This document shows positions 55,345 to 64,000 of a DNA stretch of 64,000 nucleotides, in pieces. This stretch comes from Epiperipatus broadwayi (taxonomy: Eukaryota > Animalia > Onychophora): NCBI GenBank assembly GCA_028023455.1, contig JAQFVV010000001.1, forward strand, positions 7,254,001 through 7,318,000. Reading direction: 5' to 3'. A model generated the notes under the pieces. That model did not search any database. It was not told the origin of the DNA and was given only the letters and a program-made list of their open reading frames with translations. How positions within the stretch are numbered: position 1 is the stretch's first letter; each line of letters begins with the position of its first letter. Made by a program: the position numbers and the translations under genes.

Positions 55345-55700
55345 GGAAAAGAGATAGGACCATTTCACAAACACAAACAGATATCATTAAATTACAAAAT
55401 CAATTTGAAGATGATCGGAAAGACTGAACAGAAGCAGTGTAAAGAGCAAGATTCTCTGAAGGAGCAACTCCAAATTCACATACAGATGATAGATTTGTTG
55501 GTTGCAGAAAAAACAGAGCTGCAGTCATCCCTAGCACAAAGTCAGCAGGCCATAAAACAGAAATCAGCTGAACTCGGAAGAATTTCAAGGAAGATTGAAG
55601 GTTTCTAGACAACGTGTAATAGAACTTGAACAACAAAACTCAGAACTTAGTGAAAAATTGCAAAGTAAACTCGCAATGTCAGAATTATTCGAACAACTAG
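55345..55700 (+). pseudogene. GOLGA2: Captured fragment resembling host golgin GM130 (GOLGA2) coiled coil
   Basis: [62 protein letters not shown] vs human GM130 as recalled ([61 protein letters not shown]). Confidence 0.8.
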
Positions 55701-56009
55701 AGAGTTGGCAGCTGTATGAAATGGAGCCACAAGAAAAAATGGCCGAAAGTGAAAATGAACTAGACACTTCCAAAGATTTTTTAGAAGAGTGGCAATCTTT
55801 AACCAGTGAGCTGCCAGATACAAAAACTGTAGAGCAAGGAAAAAATCAGACTCTCCAAGCGGGAGAAAAAGGCACTCAGGGTGGCAAGGAAAAAGAATTT
55901 GCACAAATTTCAAGGTTACATCGGTTAATCGTAAAAATAAAGTTTTTCTCCAGTTTGGGAAAAGAAAAAATAAAGCACCAAGGAGTCGCAACATGGGGTT
56001 TTCTGAAGT

Positions 56010-56018
56010 AAGGGGAGG
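56010..56018 (+). promoter_or_regulatory. Polypurine tract
   Basis: aaggggagg 3 nt before the 3' LTR. Confidence 0.85.
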
Positions 56019-56021
56019 TAT

Positions 56022-56602
56022 TGTAATATATGCATTTTGAAATTAAACGTACATATGAAAGTGTCTTATTCTAAAATATTATTTTATTGTAAAATCTTTA
56101 AATTTTGCTACTAATATATTAATCATAGACGTTAGCTTAAAATGCGATCAATTGTAACAAACTAATTAAACAGATAATGAAGGAATTTAATTAGCAAAAC
56201 CCAATTTAATTAAATCCCACCTTAATTTATAAGAGTTACTCCAGAAAACAAAAGAAAGCAAACCGATAAAAGGGGGGCCATTTTGAAAAGATCAACAGAG
56301 TGAGTACAGAGCGTTTTAAGTGAATTCGAGCAGAGCATCCGTTGCAAGAGAACAGCGTGGGAATTGCGTACTACCCTCATTGAGAAAGAAGAGAAGTTAG
56401 CCGTAGTAACTATATGTTCAGAATTATAGTGCGAGTATTCATCATCGTGTGTACATAGTGTACTTTTTCTAACACAACTCGGCGGGAATCAGAACTTTGT
56501 ATAAACTGTAAATTGGTTAGCATCAAACTGTTTTGGAGAATTAAACTAACTAGTTCGCAAATTAACTTTTGTGTGCAGTAATTGAAGAATCAATACACTG
56601 CA
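56022..56602 (+). repeat. 3' LTR
   Basis: tgtaatatatgc...caatacactgca, 581 bp. Confidence 0.95.
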
Positions 56603-58393
56603 GAAAGTTTCAATAACTTTTTTTATTTTTATATTTTGTGATTAATATATATATACAGTGAAGTCTGTTACATTCTTGGCTTATAGAATGAATAGGTATT
56701 AGAATGAATACTTTTTCTTACTAGGTTAAGATTTAAACAACAAATGCAAGAACATATAGTAAAAATGCTAGAGTTGATAACTTAGTTATCAATTTAGTTA
56801 ATGTAACTTATCTTTAATGGTAAAGGTGTACATATTTTTATTTAAAAGTATTCCCCTGCTTATATATTGTAATAACTATAGAAATAGAGTTTGAAATTTG
56901 ACTAATGGTAAGATTAAATGAAAGTTCAGTGAAAATAATGATAATCTAACAGTTAAAAATTAGTAATCAGTATAGTGTGTTTACCCATTTTCATTTCTAA
57001 CAATAAAAATGTATGTATCCTTGTTTAAAAATATTCTTTTAAGTGCGTATACTGTACTAATTTTAACTATGAGCCATAACATAAAAACAGAATTTAAAAT
57101 CTGATTAATGGTGATGTCAAAAAAAAAATCAAATAAAATGATAAAAATCTATGTGCTAATCTAGAAATGACTAAATTGACAAACACTACTGATTGAAATA
57201 GCAAATATTACAATGAGCAATATTGATTAATTACCAATCATGTGTGTCAAATTTTCAATGTGTTTTAGCTTTCAATAATGTGTCAGACATCTTTGTCATG
57301 ATTTTCAGAGCCTTCTTGCATTTATTGCTGTAACATTTCTTTTGCAATTTATTTCAAAATTTTTAGCGTTTTTTTTTTTTTAATATACAGATATTAATCT
57401 TAATCATGAGCCAGAAAAATAATGTTAAAAATTGATCAGTATAAAGTGGAAAAAAAAAATTTCTAAAAGAAAATTGTAAATAGTTAGCAATTTATGTTCT
57501 GAATATGATACAATTACATCAATGGTCTACATATGTTTGAAAAAATGAATTAGAAAATGCCGCAGGTAGTAAAAAAGATTTTCAAATTGAACAGGTTATA
57601 TTGTGTCATTACAGAATTAATCAAAACTTTTTTTCTAATGTGAATTAATTAAAAACAAACAGCAAATAATAGTATCAATGGAACAATCATTTGGGAAAAG
57701 AGCAAGCTATTTTTTTGCTTAATTTTTGAGTACAGATGCTGTATCTACAAAGAACTTATTGACAGAAAAGTTTGGTTCATTAGATAGAGGAAAAGATCTG
57801 AATTGCAAAGTATTATAAGACATAATGAGGCTATTAGTGCAGATAGTACTGTTGCTGAATATTTTAGAGGAAAGTGGAGGCCTTGAAATTGATAATCTGA
57901 ATTTTTATTTGGTTGTGTAAATTTATTTTTATTTTATGATTTTAAAATATAAATTGTACTTTTCATTAAAATCTAAGTGTACAGTATGAACAATTAACTA
58001 TATATATATTTAACTTTTATGTTTTGATTTTTCCTACTTAAATGATTGATTAGTGACAACTTTGATCTAGATGATGGATCTGGAATAGATTAGCCTTAAA
58101 TATATTTATATTTTAATATTAACTATAACAAATGGCATTCTGGAACCAATTAATTTATTATAGCAGATTCCATTGTTTATAAAAAAAAAAAAAAATTAAT
58201 GAAAGGGAGCAATTGTAAAACTGATTTTTTCAAGTTTTAAGTTATATTGTTTAATTTGATTGTATATTAATTAATTAAAGTATGGAGTTTACTTAATCTA
58301 TAAATAAAACTATATATATTAAGTTAGTTGAGAAATGATAAGAATTAAGAAACAATTTGGAAATTATCTTTTCATAAACCTGGTATTCTAAAA

Positions 58394-58754
58394 CAGTCAT
58401 GCATAACCTTTTTATGCTTGTGAACCCCTACTAAGGATGAAAATTTGACACAGTCCATTATTTATTTGTTTTTACTATGCTGAAATTATAAGTATAGAGT
58501 ATATGAGGATATTCATAATAAAACAATAATAGTTTTAATATACACATTTGTTTTCTAAAATTTTAGTATTGGTATTAAGCACATAAGATTTGAAATGAAC
58601 ATTTTGAAAAAATTATATATTTACAAAAAAACAGAACAAAACATACATACAACAACAATTTATTTTTATGTGACTATATTTTTAAAAATTTCGTGATACA
58701 ACAATTTTTATTTGCACTTCTGAGGCATTGTGACCCACAGGTTGCATACCACTG
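58394..58754. mobile_element. hAT-type MITE
   Basis: Imperfect TIRs cagtcatgcataacct / aggttgcataccactg; 8-bp TSD ttctaaaa / ctctaaaa. Confidence 0.75.
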
Positions 58755-59399
58755 CTCTAAAATTATTACAATCCAATAAGAATACTGTAAGTTTATCCTC
58801 AAGAAATTATTAAATAATGGATATCATAATGAAAGTTTCTGAATAATTTTAAACAAATTTTATATAAATAATGAAAGATTTTATAACTTACAGAAAGCAT
58901 TATGGAGGAAAAGGCTAATTTACATTATGGAGAGATGTATTTAAAAGACAATATATATATATATTTTGTTTAATACAATACAGGAAAACAGAAGCAATAG
59001 GCTACATATTTACTTCTTTTTTAAAAACACATTATTATATGAATGAATATACATATTTGTATAATATATTCATTAATGCACATAATAGTTTTATCAAAGA
59101 AAAAATATAGTGATAATTATTTATATACTGTATAAATTTAATTTTTATGCATACCATGTTTCAAGAAATTTGAAAAATTCAATTTCTAATTAAGACTTTT
59201 TGTTAAAAAAAAGATGTGTACTATCATTAATGTTTTAAAATATGAATGAGCAAGTATATGTGTAATACAGATTTATTGATTCAGAGAAATATTTTTAAGT
59301 ATTCAAATCAAAAGTATCTGTTTATTTTATATTTCTAATAGTTAAAAGAAGTAGAAGTATACTTATGTAGTTAGATTTGTAGTGTTTAATAATAATAAT

Positions 59400-59435
<36 letters not shown>

Positions 59436-59479
59436 GTAAATAAGCATTTATTTTTATATAACGCTATGCATACAATTGT

Positions 59480-59576
59480 ATACATTCAAAGATCAGCCTT
59501 TCAAGCTAATTGTGCATGCATCTTCTGCGAGAAGACGCATGCACAATTAGCTTGAAAGGCTGATCTTTGAATGTAT
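59480..59576. repeat. Near-perfect 47-bp inverted repeat (3-nt loop) flanked by (AAT)n microsatellites
   Basis: Arms 59480-59526 and 59530-59576, one mismatch; (aat)n at ~59389-59435 and ~59578-59610. Confidence 0.95.
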
Positions 59577-59611
<35 letters not shown>

Positions 59612-62014
59612 CTATTTGTTTTAATACATACAGACAAAATGTGTTATATGTTATAATATATTATTATAGATGGTTACTGGATGATTTTAGTTGCATTTCT
59701 ATTAGTTAAGAGAGAATAGATTAATAGGAGATAATGGGAATTTTTTAGAGATCATTTGACTACTATTTTGCTCATATCACTATTCCTGTAGTGAATTGAA
59801 ATATGAACAGTTTTGATGTGTGATTAACAAGATCTATCATAAATTATATATAAATAAGTTTATTATGAAGGGTCCATTCATATCACAAATAAATGACCGT
59901 TAATGTATATTAATAGACATAGATTTGTAAATAAAAAAGATAATAAGCATATCTATGTAATATATTTTCATCCTTACAAAATATCATATAAAATGCTAGT
60001 ATATATAAATGAAATAAATTTTTAGCTACATATGACGTTAGGAGAGCTTGTGATCTATCTGCAGGATGGGACCATTAACCACATATCAACAATCAAGAAG
60101 AAAATCCACAAGTTTCATATTCTCCATAAAAAATAATATATTTAAAAACATGAAAATAATATATTTAGAAAACTAATCTTAAAGTTATACATTTAGTAAT
60201 GAGATTTATACCTAATGATTATAAAACAAATATATTCAGTAAATATGATCAATACATGCATTCAGTATGAAATTAAATTACAAAATCAATCCATGTATCA
60301 AATACAATCAAGAATATAACATGCACAACAGAGAAAGTAAACCATGTAATCCATAAAAGAATAATTTATAACATTATATCCATAAGAAATTAAATTTCAA
60401 TAAAGGTATTAATTTTTATTAATATGAAAATTTTTGATTCAGATAAATTATTCTATAGCTTTAACTTTCATGTTATATGCTATTGATTTGAAAAATAATT
60501 TTAATGGTTTCAAATATAATTTATATAAAAATAAGAATTACCACATTGTATCTATTTAAAGTCTTAAAATCATAAGGTTCTTCAATTAGAATCACATATT
60601 TGCAGTTTTAATTGTCAGTGATTAAAAAAAAAAAAAATTGATAAAAAAGAAATTTAAAATCATTTTCAATACTATTACTTTCAGTTATCTGAATCAATTA
60701 AAAATAATTATTTAAGGAATTTTTATTTATTTAGATAATATTTTTATTTATTTAGATTATTAATTAAAAATTACAATTTTTTTATTATATGTATAGCCTC
60801 CTTTTTTACTTTTTTGTTTAAAATGTAGAGCAGCTTAATTAAAAACTGACTTCATTTCTTCTTCCATTTAGTAATTGAATGTAGTCTATTCTTAAAAATT
60901 GAAAAAGGATTTTTTGTTTTGAAAAATTTCTTTTTTTTCCCATTTAATTAAGAAGAAACAAAAACCAGGTAGCTTATTTCAATTAGGCTTAGTAATTTAG
61001 ATATTTATTGGATTTCTTTTTTAATTTTATTTTTAAATGTATGAATTGTTGTTTTATTAATAAAAAGGTATTCTGCATGCATGTACATATATAATACATG
61101 TTAAAAATATGTGTGTATTAAAAATGCATATTTTGTACTATTAGCTATTACCCTCCAAATTTCAGTAAAAGCAAAGTGGCTTTGAACCAAATGTAACTAA
61201 TACCGAGGACTGCTTTTTAAAGATAATTTGATTTTAAATTTATGAATAGGTTTTGTAATTTAATACGGAAATGAATTCTTTGAAAAGAGTAGGTGTTTAT
61301 TTGCTTTTGATATTTTATTTTTGAGACAATCACAGATATATATATGGCAAAATATATTTTATAAAGTTATTGAATTTAAAGTTATTGCATATCTAGCTAA
61401 TATGTATATTGATTTGATTTTTTTTTGTATTTCCACAAATAGTTATTGTTACATATGATAACTATTACAATTTTATAATGTTTAATAAATTAATGAAAAA
61501 TTGTCTTCATTTCTATCCATTAATAAGTATTTTATAGAAAATTTATTCATTCCTTTAAAAAAAAAAAACTTGTTTTATTATTATAAATCCTATAACTTTT
61601 TACAAAATTTTTATTTTATACTTCAACCATACATTATAACCATTATCAAAGATTAAGAGCTAATAAATAACAAGATATAAAAATAATAAGTATAAATATG
61701 GTATTTTACAAATTTCATTTTATTTAATTTGTATTTTCATATATTTAGATAGTATGTAACTTTGTTAAAGATCATAAGATATAGTTAAAACTTAGTGCAG
61801 GAAATTTTGTAAAAAGTTATATGTTTCATAATAATAAAACAAATTTTTTTAAAAAAGGAGCAAAGAAATAATTTTTTGATATATTTATCTAGTAACATAT
61901 TTATCTGACTAAGTATAAACTTGTCTTTGAAAATTATATCTGAAATAACATTTATTTTGGGAATACATCTACAGTTATTGTTGTATTAATTTTGGTGCAT
62001 GACATATAGTATGC

Positions 62015-62150
62015 AATTTAGTGCAGTGGTAGAATGACAGACCTGAGGTAAAAGTTCCATGATTGCAGCTGCAGGCTAACTTTGTTACTTCTGATACTTG
62101 AACCAACCATTCAATTACTTAGCACATTCTTATATAAATGGGAAAATGAT
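62015..62150 (+). mobile_element. Old tRNA/CORE-like SINE remnant
   Basis: ttagtgcagtggtagaatgacagacctgaggtaaaagttcc...tataaatgggaaaatgat. Confidence 0.3.
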
Positions 62151-64000
62151 ATGAAAATAATCAAATTCATTTATCTCATTTATAGCTCTCTCTCATGGTT
62201 GACATTGATAAAATTATAATTCTCATTCATCCATTTTTTATTTGTAGCATTTTTTTTTTTCTGATTTAATTTATAAGTGCAAAGTTTATTACTAATTTAG
62301 CTTTAGTAGCTTCTAAATTTGATAATGAATTTGTTCCTTGTGTTTTGTAAATAAAAATAAATCTCAGTTCTATTTTCAAGTTTTATTAAAATGAAAATAC
62401 TTGCAGAGGGAAGTAATTAATTTCTAAAATCTATATATTTAAGAAAATGATTATCTTTATATTGTAAACAAATGTTAATTGTGTGCGGTAGATGTACTTA
62501 GAGGCATAAATATTTAATCTTGTAAAATCTTCACTGAATTTATGATAGCTGACTATTCAGTTAGTGAATTGTGTAGATCAGCATCAGTGATCTTTATAAT
62601 TAAATTTATTATTGATGCTAATAAATCGACCTGTGGTTATATTTGTTTAAATAATAGTAGAAATATGATAAAAGTAACCTTTGATACACTTCATATTACT
62701 TTTTAATAAATGCAACAATTTATAAAATGGCTGAATTGGTAGAAAGAGAATATGTCTGATACCTTACAAATCAAATGAACTGATACAATCAAACTGATTT
62801 TAACATTTTTTAAAAGCTTCCATATTGGTTGTTAAATATTTTTAGAAATGAAGATACTTATAAAGATGAATTCATTCTATTCTTGATCTTTTGTTTAACA
62901 TTTAGAATGCTTTTAATTTATAACCTCAGGGAATGTGATTTACTCCCTTTGTTTATGTGTTTAAATAATGTACTTTTATTCCACCACATACACTTCAAAA
63001 GTGAAAAAAAAAAGACATTTAATTGCATTTGTTTATTACTTTTCCATGATATGTAGCAGTGCTTTCCATATAAGCTTTGTTTCTATAGCACATCAAATGT
63101 AGACTATTGTGGAAGTAAATTTGGTGCATTGAACTTTCTGGTTAAAGTAATACTGTAACCAAAAAACAATTTTTATTGGTAATCAGAAAGAAAAATTTGT
63201 AATAAAAATTTACATATGGTTATTCTGTATATAAATACAAAATTGATACTTCTTTAATCTTGAACTGCCCAATGTAGAGTCTTTAATTTTCATTTCATAA
63301 TTGTTTTTATATTAGTGATTTATGCTTTGTTCAGCATTCTTTGTAAGAATGGAAGTTTTGTTTTTTATAAAAATTATTTTCATAAATAAAATTGATAAAA
63401 AACAAAACGTGGTCATGATTGATATTCAAGTTTGGAAACTGTCTTATTAGTTTCATTAATTAATTTCTGGTGAAAATGAAACTGTCTTGAGTCAATTTCA
63501 ATTTTTTTTTCAGTACATTATTATCACATTATGAAAACTACTAAATAGTGACTTAAATCAAAATATTTTATACAAAAATTTTTTGTTTATTTTTCTATAA
63601 CAGTTTATATTTAAATTCCTGAATAATAATTTTTTTTTCAAAACTAAAACAATTTCTGATTTATTTTTTCTTAATGGGGAGAGAGTTAAATTTAATACAA
63701 TGGTTGATAAATATTTTGTATTTCACCATTATATATAAATTAAACAATCCATCTAACAACTTATCTAATAACAGACATGTGCATTATTTTTCTACACCAT
63801 TGAGCACTAATAAGTATATACTAATCTTTGTTTTCACTTACATTTCAATTTCTCAAGCTTTTTTCATAATTTTTTTTTTGGTTGATAATTCTGAAGATAA
63901 TTAATGAGATTTGTCTGGAATGTTTATTGTAATAAGGATAAATTTTTTCATTCAAAACAAAAAAGAAAACAATAGTTTATAGGTTATGATTAAAATATTT

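Larger units (their letters stand above)
53891..56602 (+). mobile_element. Non-autonomous Ty3/gypsy LTR retrotransposon (2.7 kb, gag only, pol absent)
   Basis: Two LTRs (TG...CA), PBS, PPT, K02A2.6-type gag, near-match 5-bp TSD ggaag/gaaag. Confidence 0.95.

Noticed and set aside
41-63904. Short ORFs of 60-120 aa in the supplied track as host genes
   Set aside because: Most are F/L/I/K/N-rich AT noise, antisense shadows of TE remnants, or lie within the repeats; none forms a coherent gene model

Overview
Very AT-rich, CpG-depleted eukaryotic DNA, probably an invertebrate (organism not determinable), with no confidently identifiable intact host gene; most ORFs in the supplied track are noise or transposon remnants. 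The window is mainly transposon remains: three decayed RTE-clade LINE segments, an internally deleted SPIN/Buster-like hAT, a hAT MITE, tRNA-derived SINEs and one Ty3/gypsy LTR element. Three things stand out. (1) Family 1 is a ~450-nt non-coding, retrozyme-like repeat carrying a minimal type I hammerhead ribozyme. It occurs as tandem, terminally redundant and inverted copies with 11-14 bp target-site duplications. (2) Family 2 is an apparently unrelated fold-back repeat whose arms carry a different type I hammerhead with a palindromic helix III. Together the two families give about 13 hammerhead motifs in 64 kb. (3) The LTR element has no pol; instead its Gag runs into a captured fragment resembling host golgin GM130/GOLGA2. 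All alignments and folds were done by eye and coordinates may be off by a few bases.
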